A DNA stretch of 63,202 bases from a virus (Duplodnaviria > Caudoviricetes). The notes beneath the pieces were generated by a model, which was not told the DNA's origin, made no database searches, and saw only the letters and a program-made list of their open reading frames with translations. Every line of letters begins with the position of its first letter. The stretch's first letter is position 1. This document shows positions 10,316-19,162 of this stretch, in pieces. The position numbers and the translations under genes are program-made. The stretch lies in IMG/VR virus record IMGVR_UViG_3300010222_000004, positions 1 through 63,202 of that record; one strand, 5' to 3'.

Positions 10316-10343
10316 CCAACAGGCTGTATCGTGTGTTGGTTAA
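10316..10343. repeat. TTAACCAACA/TGTTGGTTAA palindrome copy A (split by IS; first TTAA at 8732-8735)
   Basis: CCAACAGGCTGTATCGTGTGTTGGTTAA. Confidence 0.8.
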
Positions 10344-10370
10344 CACCGCCGTCGGACAGATCCACGGCTA

Positions 10371-10428
10371 GTCGCTCATGGACCGACTGGCCGGCTTGCG
10401 GCATCGCTTCGCCGCCGTGCGGCCCGTC
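10371..10428 (+). repeat. 58-bp direct repeat, partner at 62949-63006
   Basis: 50/58 identical; last 26 bp ATCGCTTCGCCGCCGTGCGGCCCGTC identical. Confidence 0.85.
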
Positions 10429-10467
10429 GACGAGTAGCGTATACAGGGATCTATCATCTTCGGGCTA

Positions 10468-11085
10468 TTACTCCTTGAGTGCGTTTTCGGCCGACCGCTT
10501 TCGGTCGTTGACCGTCTGCCGGCCAACATCCCGGACATCGGCCCACTGGCGCTGATTGAACCCACCGGGAGCAACCTGAGTCTGCCAGTAGTCCAGCGCG
10601 TCCGCGTCCGACTCGGTGGCGCGAGCGAGCACTGCCAGCTCCGCACTGGCGACCTCTCGGCCAAGCTCGATGGGGTCCGGAGTCCCGCCCGTGACGCGAC
10701 CATCGAACAGCATGTGCCACGACGACCCAGTGGCAGCGTCGTACTCCGCAAGCATTCGAACATCGCCGTCCGCGTAGACCTTGACAGCCAGCGATGTCCA
10801 CTCCGTTCTGGCGCGAACCTCATCGTACCGCCGGTGAGCGGCGACATCCGGCCGCATCTGGTTATCCCCGCGCTTTGCGCCGCCGTGCCGCTCGACGATG
10901 TCGTAGATCTCGAACCAGGCGTCCCACCAGGCGTCGTCTTGTTGGATGTCGATCCAGCCGCTCCCCACCGACTCCTCCATAATCATGTCATCCGTGACCT
11001 CAAGCTCCGGAACGTCAACGCTCGCGATCTCGTGAACGGCCTGAGCGAGGTCGCGGACAGCCGCCATGTGATCGGAGGCAGTCAC
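10468..11085 (-). CDS. Hypothetical protein with C-terminal HTH-like segment
   Basis: FNQRQWADVRDVGRQTVNDRK; GTG start overlaps upstream TGA. Confidence 0.65.
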   Translation of the reverse strand: MTASDHMAAVRDLAQAVHEIASVDVPELEVTDDMIMEESVGSGWIDIQQDDAWWDAWFEIYDIVERHGGAKRGDNQMRPDVAAHRRYDEVRARTEWTSLAVKVYADGDVRMLAEYDAATGSSWHMLFDGRVTGGTPDPIELGREVASAELAVLARATESDADALDYWQTQVAPGGFNQRQWADVRDVGRQTVNDRKRSAENALKE

Positions 11086-11671
11086 GCGAGGTATTCCTCC
11101 GGGTCGACTTGCGCGTACGGCGTCCAGGTCCCGCCGAGATCCATAATGCACATCGAGCAGTATTCCTCGTCAGCCTGCCGGAGCATCACCTCGCAGCGGC
11201 CGCAGATGGCGTCCGCAGTGACCTCGTATTCGTCGCCGGTCCACAGGTCCTCGATGATGTGGACCTCCTCGCCATCCTCGAGAGCCTGCTCGTCATCGGT
11301 TCCGCTGCCGGTCGTCGCTGCGTTCTGGCTCTTGCCCTCGTTGTCGGCGTCGGTCTCCTCGGCCTCCAGGTCCCGTCCAGCGACCAGGTCAACGACCAAA
11401 ACGACGTTCTCGTGGCTCTCGCCGTGCTCTCCCACCGCGAGACGATCGTCGCGACGCCGTCCTCAACGATCATCTCCAGGTCCTTGTTTTCGCAGACGAT
11501 CTCGCCCGCCTGGAGGTCGATGTAGGTGTCGCCGCTGCGGGGGATAGCGTGGTTGATCGCGGCGTCGACGTAAATGCGATCGTGACCGTATTTCGTCCAG
11601 CGGTCGATCGTTGCATCGCCGTCGGATTCGATCAGTTCCGGGTCGTCCGCGAGTCCGGTGAGGTCGGGCAT
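11082..11671 (-). pseudogene. Frameshifted hypothetical gene with C-terminal Zn finger
   Basis: Acidic frame MPDLTG...VSRWE continues in another frame as EHGESHENVVLVV...CGRC...CSMC; 1-nt loss near 11430. Confidence 0.6.
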
Positions 11672-11785
11672 GGTCTGTCTCTCCAACTGTACGTTATAGA
11701 CGTACGGTAATAAATGTTGCGTGCTGAGTACGCTATTAACGTACAGGGGTGTGTCTGCTGGTTCCCCGCGCGGTTATCGCCCAGC

Positions 11786-11818
11786 TTAACCAACAGGCTG
11801 GCGTCGTGTGTTGGTTAA
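11786..11818. repeat. TTAACCAACA/TGTTGGTTAA palindrome copy B (13-nt spacer)
   Basis: TTAACCAACA-GGCTGGCGTCGTG-TGTTGGTTAA. Confidence 0.85.
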
Positions 11819-11866
11819 GACTGTCTCGCCCCGCATTGCAGCGGTCTCCGCCGAGGGGACGCCCAG

Positions 11867-12208
11867 TTATCCGTCGTCCGACTCGGGGTCGGGCATCCCC
11901 GTGACCCACCACTTCGCGCGGGTGAGCACGCCGGCGGTCTCTTTCATCCGCTCGCGGTCCTCGCGACGCCGTTGCATCTGGCGCTCGTCCTCGACGTACG
12001 CGACGAGCTCCTGGTGCTCGTCGACGCGGCGATTGGTCGCGGCCAGCTCGCGCTGGAGGCGGTCGACCTCGGCCTCGAGGTCGTCGTGGTCTTGGCCTTT
12101 CTGGATCAACTCCCGGACGACGTCGGACACCGACGTGCCGCGCTCCTCGGCGAGCGCTTGCAGGTCCTCGTAGGTCTCGTCTGAGACGCGCGCGGAAATG
12201 GATTGCAT
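11867..12208 (-). CDS. CopG/ribbon-helix-helix protein with coiled coil
   Basis: MQSISARVSDETYEDLQALAEERGTSVSDVVRELI then heptad-rich helix. Confidence 0.85.
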   Translation of the reverse strand: MQSISARVSDETYEDLQALAEERGTSVSDVVRELIQKGQDHDDLEAEVDRLQRELAATNRRVDEHQELVAYVEDERQMQRRREDRERMKETAGVLTRAKWWVTGMPDPESDDG

Positions 12209-12210
12209 GG

Positions 12211-12290
12211 GTGTCTACGCTCGTAGACGGCTGTAGACGATGTGAGACGGGTGTCTACGCGCCGTCTACCATGCTATACACGCGTCTACA
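12211..12290. repeat. 10-bp-phased GTCTAC/GTAGAC array
   Basis: Hexamers at 12213, 12223, 12233, 12253, 12264, 12284; degenerate at 12244, 12274. Confidence 0.8.
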
Positions 12291-12472
12291 AAAAGATACG
12301 GCAGCCGCCCGTCAGACGGGTTGCTCGCGGGGCGCCCGCTCCGGGCAGTTGACTGATATAGCCGGAGGCCCGCCCGTCGGCTCGCAGAACTCCAGGCGGG
12401 CCTGCGCGACGAAGAGAGCTAGTCCCCGGTGTAGCGCCAAGTATACCAGTAACCGATAGGTCCCTTCGTCAG

Positions 12473-12514
12473 CTAACCAAGGATCGGCTGCTGCTCGTTC
12501 GAATCCTTGGTTAG
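12473..12514. repeat. Variant palindrome CTAACCAAGG-N22-CCTTGGTTAG
   Basis: 12-bp perfect inverted repeat downstream of the repressor gene. Confidence 0.7.
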
Positions 12515-12561
12515 TAGTTACGGCCCGTGTCGAAGCAGCAGAAGTGCCCCTCGACACTTGA

Positions 12562-12828
12562 TCAGTCGTCGAGGGTGCTCGCGTCGAATTCCTCCTCAAG
12601 GTAGGCGACTCCACGCTCGGAGATCCGGAATAGACCCTCATCGACGTATCCGACGAGCCCGTGCTCCTCTAGGCTGCGGAGGCGTTGGCCAGCGTATTTC
12701 CGGCTGATATCGACCCGCTCAACCATCCCATCGCGAGAGATCGCTTTCGGGGTGAGATTCCCCGCATCCCGCAACACCTCTAAGAGAGGATCATCGATCG
12801 GTTTCATCCACTCGCCACGCATCCGCAT
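12562..12828 (-). CDS. phiH1 repressor-like winged-helix protein
   Basis: WMKPIDDPLLEVLR...NLTP...GLFRISERGVAYLEEEFDA. Confidence 0.85.
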   Translation of the reverse strand: MRMRGEWMKPIDDPLLEVLRDAGNLTPKAISRDGMVERVDISRKYAGQRLRSLEEHGLVGYVDEGLFRISERGVAYLEEEFDASTLDD

Positions 12829-12869
12829 ATCGCCTCCGTTTGGGTGGACTTGACTCATATAGATGCTGA

Positions 12870-12950
12870 TATATAACCCATTGGGACCCAATGGCCCTAA
12901 GTCTTCGGCTGGTAGGGTATTCTAACCACCCGATGGGAAAAGATTAAGGC
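12870..12950. promoter_or_regulatory. Divergent promoter/operator (lysis-lysogeny switch candidate)
   Basis: CCCATTGGG, CCCAATGG, CCCGATGGG between repressor and early operon; TTAA box near 12945. Confidence 0.55.
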
Positions 12951-12971
12951 AAATCCGTCAACAGACAATTA

Positions 12972-13067
12972 TGGACCACGCTCTCGCCCCCTGAAACGGT
13001 CCGCCTCAAAATGGCCCCGGGCAAGGGGCGTTTACCCTCGTGCTGACACACGAGGGGGCGTGGTCCA
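12972..13067 (+). ncRNA. Putative structured 5' leader RNA (copy 1)
   Basis: Outer TGGACCACGC/GCGTGGTCCA; inner CCCTCGTG-CTGACA-CACGAGGG. Confidence 0.5.
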
Positions 13068-13332
13068 CTCACGACGAGTGCACGCCTATGATAGCTCAGC
13101 ATCTCAACCCTGAAAAGTATGCGGGTGGATACCACGGGCACAGCCCTGTCAAGTTCGGATTTCTACAGTCGCACACGCGACGACAGAAATGGTTTCACAT
13201 TCACCGCGGCGGGTTCGGTGGACGCAGGCCGCTGTGGCGGATCGCAGCCCGGCAGCGGGCGCCACGGGGACGGCGCACTTTCACCCCGGGGCAGAAAAAC
13301 GGTTATACGCCGCCTCTCCGTGGTGATGAGCC

Positions 13333-13590
13333 ATGCCACCGTCCCAGTGCGCGGACGGGAGCGGCGCTGGTGACGTCCGCCCCCGTCTCGCCGTCGACCG
13401 TGAGCGCGAGCCGTACCGATTGCGCTGTCCCAACGGCCACACCGACTGGGAGCCGACGAACTCCCACGCCTGGTGTCGCAGTTGCTCGCGGCAGGCGAGA
13501 AACGGCGGCGACGTCGACGCCGAGCACTGGGAGCTCTTCGACGCCAAGCGCGACGAGACGGTCAGCTACGCGCGGATCGACTTCGAATAA
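13333..13590 (+). CDS. Small Zn-binding halovirus protein
   Basis: CPNGHTDWEPTNSHAWCRSC. Confidence 0.7.
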   Translation: MPPSQCADGSGAGDVRPRLAVDREREPYRLRCPNGHTDWEPTNSHAWCRSCSRQARNGGDVDAEHWELFDAKRDETVSYARIDFE

Positions 13591-13757
13591 CATCGGCGCG
13601 ACGGTCGGTGGCCTCGCTGCCAGCTCTGACATTGTCAGCGAGGCCAGCCGTCGTGCTCCCACTGAGAGAGCAATGCACGCTACCACTCCCATCGACAAGA
13701 AAGGTATCGCTTCGACGGACACCCCCGGCACGCCATCGTCCTCCAGAGGTGATCGCG

Positions 13758-14153
13758 ATGGCCAGTGACTCCGAGTTCTCGCATTTTGAGCACCCCAAAG
13801 CGCACCCCTCCAACCCCATGTTATCGGTCTATACGAATGGACACGCCCGGTTCAACGTTCACGCCGTGGGGCGCTGGTTGGAGGACGTCGACCGCGTGGA
13901 GTTCTATACTGATATCAAGGCCACCCGCCTCGGGATCGCACTCGGCGAAGAGGATCAGCACTCATACAGCCTCTCGGCCGCCACGGGCGGCGGCCTAACG
14001 GTCCCGATGAGGGCAGTCCTCCGCACGTTCGGCGTCGATTACGCCGACATCGACAGTGCCGTCAGGTGCCCGCTGGAGTACGACGAGTCGGAGGGCTTGC
14101 TGATCGCAGATCTCCAGCCGGTCGTCGACGCCGTGGGTGGTCGCGATGGATGA
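13758..14153 (+). CDS. Hypothetical protein
   Basis: GAGGTGA RBS; acidic ORF MASDSEFSHF. Confidence 0.65.
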   Translation: MASDSEFSHFEHPKAHPSNPMLSVYTNGHARFNVHAVGRWLEDVDRVEFYTDIKATRLGIALGEEDQHSYSLSAATGGGLTVPMRAVLRTFGVDYADIDSAVRCPLEYDESEGLLIADLQPVVDAVGGRDG

Positions 14154-15264
14154 TCGGCTGCTCAGTCGCGAGGCACTCGATGACGCCGAGTGGGCGGTCA
14201 CGCCCCACCCGGACCACCTCGTCCCCGACGCCATCAAGCGCGAGCGCACGCGGGAGGCGTTCCAAGACGCGTTGCGCGACGGCCCGCCGGCGATCGTCCT
14301 CACGCACATCGACGCCGATGGGCTCTCAAGCGCGGCCCTGCTCGTCGACCACGAGGGGGTCGCAACGGCCGTCCAGCCGCTCTCGTATCACGGCGCCTAT
14401 CGCTTCGAGCACGCGCTCGACGACATCCAGCGCGCCGATCTTGAGACGGCCACTCCGATCTACATCGCCGACTTCAACGCCGACAGTCGCCAGCAGGCGG
14501 CACGCGTCGTCGACCTCGCGCGCCAAGGGCACGACATCACCTGGTACGATCATCATCAGTGGGACGGGGCCATCGTCCAGCAGCTCCGCGATGGCGGGGT
14601 CGACCTCCTGCTTGACGACGACCAGTGTACGGCGTCGCTGATCGCGCAAGCCGCCGACTGGCCCATTGGGGACTACCTGCGGGAACTCGTCGCGGTCACG
14701 AAGGACATCGACCTCCGGATTCACGAGGACCCGCGGAGCGAGCGGCTACACACGTTTGCCCGCATCTGCGACGGCGCGATGGAGTACATCGGGATCGTCC
14801 TCCACTGTGGGGTTGCCTTCCCGGACGACGTCGAGGAGCGCATCGACGAGCGCATCGAGCGCGATGAGTGGCTTGAGGCGCTGGCCGTTGACAACCGGGT
14901 GTGCTACGACGTCGGCCCCTACACGGTCGGGGTCACGTACGTCCGCGGTGGCCGCAGCTCCGAGATCGGCACCGAACTCGCCGAGACGCCGGCGTACGGG
15001 ATCGACATCGCAGTCGTCCTGAAACCGCCCGGCGGCATGGGGATCTACGCGCATAGCAACCGCGAGACGTTCGCCCGGTGTCACGAGATCGCCGAGCAAC
15101 TGGGCGGTGGGGGTCACCCGACCGCCGCCGGGTGTGCCGTCCCGGTCGATCGGTTTCGCGAGCTCGCGCGCTACTGGGCGACCGCCGGCGATCACGTCCA
15201 CGACGCCGTCCTCGATGCGGTTCGGGCGGTCGTGTCCGAGGACGGAGGTGATCGGGATGAGTAA
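14146..15264 (+). CDS. DHH/DHHA1 phosphoesterase (NrnA/NrnB-like)
   Basis: THIDADG, IADF, WYDHHQW, GGGGHPTAAG. Confidence 0.9.
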   Translation: MDDRLLSREALDDAEWAVTPHPDHLVPDAIKRERTREAFQDALRDGPPAIVLTHIDADGLSSAALLVDHEGVATAVQPLSYHGAYRFEHALDDIQRADLETATPIYIADFNADSRQQAARVVDLARQGHDITWYDHHQWDGAIVQQLRDGGVDLLLDDDQCTASLIAQAADWPIGDYLRELVAVTKDIDLRIHEDPRSERLHTFARICDGAMEYIGIVLHCGVAFPDDVEERIDERIERDEWLEALAVDNRVCYDVGPYTVGVTYVRGGRSSEIGTELAETPAYGIDIAVVLKPPGGMGIYAHSNRETFARCHEIAEQLGGGGHPTAAGCAVPVDRFRELARYWATAGDHVHDAVLDAVRAVVSEDGGDRDE

Positions 15265-15519
15265 GACTTGGACGCTTTGGCGCTGTCGGCGCTCGAGCGA
15301 CTGCAATTGGGCTGGGGTCTCACTGCTCGCGCGGCGCGCGCACGAAGACGTCGCGCACGGCGAGGTGAGCGACGATGGGTGAGGATGCCGCCGAACTCGT
15401 CGACGAACTCGGTACGGTCGCCGGGCGCCACTACGGCGAGTCGGGCGACGCCGCCGCGGTCGCCGACGCGCTGGAAACCGTCGCCGAGCGCTATCGCCAT
15501 ATTGAGGGGGTGGACGGAG

Positions 15520-15852
15520 ATGTCTGAGCAGCACGCGCCGCCGGGCCCAGTCGACGCGATACGCGGCGAATGCACGCTGTCCCACGGCGTGACCGACCAC
15601 GACCTCTACGGCGCAGGGACCGTCCAGGCCCAGCACCAGGCCTTCGGCGCCTGCCTGCTCTCGATCAGCGTCGACGACGACCGGGCGACCACCGACGCGA
15701 CGGCGGCCGTGCGGCTCAAACTCTCGTCCGAGGCCGCCGTCCAGCTCGCGCGCGCCCTGCTCGACGGGCAGGACTACCGCGTCGTCGAATCCGAGCCCGA
15801 CGCCGGGCATGGGACCGTCCGCATCGGTCCGGAGGGTGGCGATGAGCGATAA
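15520..15852 (+). CDS. Hypothetical protein
   Basis: MSEQHAPP; coupled in early operon. Confidence 0.55.
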   Translation: MSEQHAPPGPVDAIRGECTLSHGVTDHDLYGAGTVQAQHQAFGACLLSISVDDDRATTDATAAVRLKLSSEAAVQLARALLDGQDYRVVESEPDAGHGTVRIGPEGGDER

Positions 15853-15972
15853 GTGCGAGGACTGCGGGCGTGAGAGCCCGACCACGCGCGAGCGCGCCGA
15901 CGGCGCCGTCCGCTGTATCGTCTGTGACTCAAAGCGCGACGAGTCCGACGGCCGTGCCGGAGGTGCCGGCGC

Positions 15973-16176
15973 GTGACGGAGTACGTCTGGTGGTCGACGA
16001 CCTCGAACATCTACCATCGTCAGTATCACTGCCGACGGCTGCGACAGGCCGACAGCGAGAACATCGAGCCGGTCCGACTCGCAGCCGCCACGCGCGCCGA
16101 CGGGCGGCTGTGTGACATGTGTAGCTATCGCCACGTCCCGGCGCTCGAAGACGCGTCGGCGGAGGGGCACCGATGA
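15973..16176 (+). CDS. Small Zn-finger protein
   Basis: YH...C...LCDMC. Confidence 0.55.
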   Translation: MTEYVWWSTTSNIYHRQYHCRRLRQADSENIEPVRLAAATRADGRLCDMCSYRHVPALEDASAEGHR

Positions 16177-16688
16177 GTGCCACAAGCGAGCGGGAGCTCG
16201 GGCTCGACATCGATGTCGAGTGGGCTCGGATGCCGGACCACGGGCCCGCGCCGGTCGTCGTCATCGACGACGCCGTCTGTGCGTGGGTGCGCGAGCAGCG
16301 CAGGGGCGGCGACTCGATCCAGCGGGTCGCGAGTCGCCTCCACACGCACAAAAGCCGCGTGCGGCGGCATCTCCGTGGCGCCTGCGCCCACGTCGACGCG
16401 CCCGAGCGCGGCCACCTCATGTGCGATCCGGCCTATCAGGCCGTCACCGACCGCTTGCGCGCACGCGCCGACGAAACGGGCGGGAGGTGGTACGCGGCGA
16501 TGAGCGATTTCGCAGCGCCGCTGCCGTGGTCGACGCAAGCGACCGTCCCGATCCTCCGGACGCTCGACGAGCACGCCGACGGCGTCGCCATCGAACGCTG
16601 GGGTGGGAAAAACAGCAAATACGTCTGGGAGATCGCCCCCGACGAGATCGCACTCCCGCCGGGCCTCACCACGGAGGCGAACCGATGA
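16173..16688 (+). CDS. HTH-containing hypothetical protein
   Basis: GDSIQRVASRLHTHKSRVRRHLRGACAH. Confidence 0.6.
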   Translation: MSATSERELGLDIDVEWARMPDHGPAPVVVIDDAVCAWVREQRRGGDSIQRVASRLHTHKSRVRRHLRGACAHVDAPERGHLMCDPAYQAVTDRLRARADETGGRWYAAMSDFAAPLPWSTQATVPILRTLDEHADGVAIERWGGKNSKYVWEIAPDEIALPPGLTTEANR

Positions 16689-17143
16689 GTCGCGCTGCCA
16701 GCCCGCTTGACGAGATCGAGATCCCGCCCGCCGAGGCCGACTGTGAGACCGTCTTCGTCTCGCGACACCAGTCGGTCGTCTACCACACGCGGGCGGACTG
16801 CTACCATCTCTTCAGCGACGCCGTCGACGAGGTGCCCCGTGACGCGCTCGGCGACGACGTCCCGCAGTGCCGCCGGTGTCGCTTCGCCGGCTTCGAAGTG
16901 GACGCGGCGACGATGCGCCAGCTCGCGGACGAATTGATCATCAACGCGGCAGCCAATGGCCAGAAGTTGTTCCATCTGCCCGCCGCCGACGACACGGACG
17001 CGCCGCTCTGTGGCCAGGCCGCGAAGGGCTGGTATCGCAAGCCCCCGAGCGCCTATCCGCCCGGGTATTACGGCTGGTGCCAGTCCTGCACCGAAACGTG
17101 GGTTCGCCGCGAGGCCGCCGACCGCGGAGGTGACGAAGCGTGA
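16685..17143 (+). CDS. Double Zn-finger-like protein
   Basis: YH...C...CRRC and H...CG...WCQSC. Confidence 0.6.
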   Translation: MSRAASPLDEIEIPPAEADCETVFVSRHQSVVYHTRADCYHLFSDAVDEVPRDALGDDVPQCRRCRFAGFEVDAATMRQLADELIINAAANGQKLFHLPAADDTDAPLCGQAAKGWYRKPPSAYPPGYYGWCQSCTETWVRREAADRGGDEA

Positions 17144-17283
17144 CTTGGGACGTCTTTACCTCCAATCGCGTCCGTCGCGCGTGCAGTTGTGGACACGTCT
17201 CGCAGTGTCCCTATCGCTGCCCCCAGTGTGGGGCGGATCTCGCCGGCACGGGCGCTCGGAGCGCCCGGAGGGACCGCCAGTGA
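17140..17283 (+). CDS. CPxCG zinc-finger microprotein
   Basis: CSCG...CPQCG; GTGA-coupled at both ends. Confidence 0.5.
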   Translation: MTWDVFTSNRVRRACSCGHVSQCPYRCPQCGADLAGTGARSARRDRQ

Positions 17284-17537
17284 TCTGGCGCGTCGCCTGC
17301 GAGGACTGCGGCGACGCCATTGAGGTGGCGACCCGCGAGCGTGCCCAACGCTTCGCGGCCGGCCACGTCACGTCCCCGCACACCGACTGTACGGACACAA
17401 CCGTCGAGCGCACCGACGCCAAGCATATCGTCTGTCAGGCGTGCGAGCACGTCTGCGAGGCCGCGCCGACGACGTGTCCCGAGTGTGGCGCGTGGATGAA
17501 CGAGGAGCGACTCAACGAGGTGCGTGCCGATGAGTAA
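17280..17537 (+). CDS. CPxCG zinc-finger protein
   Basis: CEDC...CQAC...CPECG. Confidence 0.6.
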   Translation: MIWRVACEDCGDAIEVATRERAQRFAAGHVTSPHTDCTDTTVERTDAKHIVCQACEHVCEAAPTTCPECGAWMNEERLNEVRADE

Positions 17538-17648
17538 CCACGGCGAGACTGTCGGGCGGGTGCTGTTCTCCCCACCGGTGGTCATCGACCCGCCGGCGTC
17601 GGTAACGGCGCTCGGATGGACACATATCGTCGCAGAGGGGATAACTGC

Positions 17649-18071
17649 ATGACTGATACAGACGCAGACGGCGAGACTCGCGACGAACAGGACCCCGACC
17701 TCGATCACCTGTCGATGCTCTACCCGGAGCTGGTCGACCGGGCGATGCGCTCGCAGGGGCCCGTGACAGAGATTCGCGAGTTGGGCACCCATCGGCGGGT
17801 CTACTCGGCGGCGCAGTTCGATCTCGAGAGCGAGATCGTGTGGCGCGCAAACATCACTGACTACGGCCCGGAGTTCGACTCCGCGCCGAACGTCACGTTT
17901 TCGACATGCTGTCCGACGGCATCTCCGGAAATCATGCAGGAGTGGACATCGATCGCCACTGGGCGGCTCAGCGGGCCGCAGAAACTCGCGCCGTGGGAAT
18001 CGCTGTTTGCCGTGTTCAACGCCGCGCTGCGCTGTTACAACCAGGAGGGAAGAGCTGACCATGCCGAGTGA
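17649..18071 (+). CDS. Hypothetical protein
   Basis: Acidic ORF in operon. Confidence 0.6.
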   Translation: MTDTDADGETRDEQDPDLDHLSMLYPELVDRAMRSQGPVTEIRELGTHRRVYSAAQFDLESEIVWRANITDYGPEFDSAPNVTFSTCCPTASPEIMQEWTSIATGRLSGPQKLAPWESLFAVFNAALRCYNQEGRADHAE

Positions 18072-18366
18072 CCGACATGGAGTCGTCTCACGTGACGAGT
18101 GCGAGTCGATGCGCGAGCGCGCCGCAGCGGGCGCGACGCCCCGCGAGATCGCCCGCGACGTTGAGTGGGCCCAGCGGACCATCGGCGACCACGTCTACGG
18201 CCGGTGTGCGCATGCCGACGAGAGCGTCCGCGCCGCCCCGAGCGCCGACAGCCCCGTCGGGAGCGACTGCCCGCTGTGTGGCGCCACGATCAGCAACAAC
18301 CTGCCGACCCACCTCGTGGCCGACTGCCCCGCGGCGGACGCCGAGGATGGAGGTGAGGTCGCGTGA
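18061..18366 (+). CDS. HTH + CPxCG protein
   Basis: ECESMRERAAAG..REIAR...CPLCG...HL...C. Confidence 0.65.
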   Translation: MPSDRHGVVSRDECESMRERAAAGATPREIARDVEWAQRTIGDHVYGRCAHADESVRAAPSADSPVGSDCPLCGATISNNLPTHLVADCPAADAEDGGEVA

Positions 18367-18644
18367 GTCTCGACACCCACACCGACTCGATCTCGCCCGC
18401 CGAGTGCGACCGCCTGCGCGAGCGGGCGGCGGCCGGCGCGCTCGCGGGCGCGCTCGCCGACGAGACGGCGTGGACGACGCGGGTTATCAACAAGCATCTC
18501 AAGGGCCGCTGCGGCCACGACCGCGACGACGCCGGCGGCGAGCCCGTCGAGTGTCCCGTCTGCGGCCAGCACACGACGACGAATCTCGGCCAGCATCTCC
18601 GACAGGGCTGTGCGGGGACGGGCAAGGGAGGCGAGCCCAGATGA
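18363..18644 (+). CDS. HTH + CPxCG protein, paralog of preceding gene
   Basis: ECDRLRERAAAG...GRCGH...CPVCG...HL..GC. Confidence 0.65.
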   Translation: MSLDTHTDSISPAECDRLRERAAAGALAGALADETAWTTRVINKHLKGRCGHDRDDAGGEPVECPVCGQHTTTNLGQHLRQGCAGTGKGGEPR

Positions 18645-18744
18645 CTCCCATCCAAGGAATTTGTGCTGACTACTGCCCGTTGTGTGGCGGTGTCGTGAGG
18701 GGCGAGGAGTGTACGCGCTGTCGGCGCCGGGTGAGTAACCAGTA

Positions 18745-18933
18745 ATGTGTGAGCACGTCCTTCTAGGAAAGGCATCAACGTCGGGGCGGAAGCTTCATCT
18801 CCCCGATCCAGACGAGCCGGATACGTCGCGGTGCCGGTTTGACGGCCAGTACCAACGAAAAAAGTTCGACGCGGTTCGTGACCACTACCCACTATGTCAT
18901 TATTGCAAACAACTCGCGGAGGACCTCGAATGA
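18745..18933 (+). CDS. Small Zn-binding protein
   Basis: KLH...C...LCHYC. Confidence 0.5.
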   Translation: MCEHVLLGKASTSGRKLHLPDPDEPDTSRCRFDGQYQRKKFDAVRDHYPLCHYCKQLAEDLE

Positions 18934-18996
18934 CAAAACGCCGCCGTTCGCCGGTCCCCGTGGCTTTAAGACCGTGGCGACCCTTACCACAAGGTA

Positions 18997-19056
18997 ACGA
19001 ATCTCGGGTTGTCTTGAAAAAGGCGCGAGTGTGGGGACACTCGCACCGAGGTTCGT
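18997..19056 (+). ncRNA. Putative structured 5' leader RNA (copy 2)
   Basis: Outer ACGAATCTCGG/CCGAGGTTCGT; inner GCGAGTG-TGGGGA-CACTCGC; TTTAAG about 30 nt upstream. Confidence 0.5.
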
Positions 19057-19162
19057 GCGACCCAGCTATGAACGCACGCGGTTACGCGGGCACTAGCCCG
19101 TACTGGCCATTGGGGAGTATCGCAGATAACTGTATCGCCGCCTGCAACGGAGGTGGGGGTTC

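Noticed and set aside
13040-13768. 242-aa ORF in the early leader region
   Set aside because: Basic, low-complexity shadow frame overlapping the better-supported 13333-13590 gene and structured RNA.
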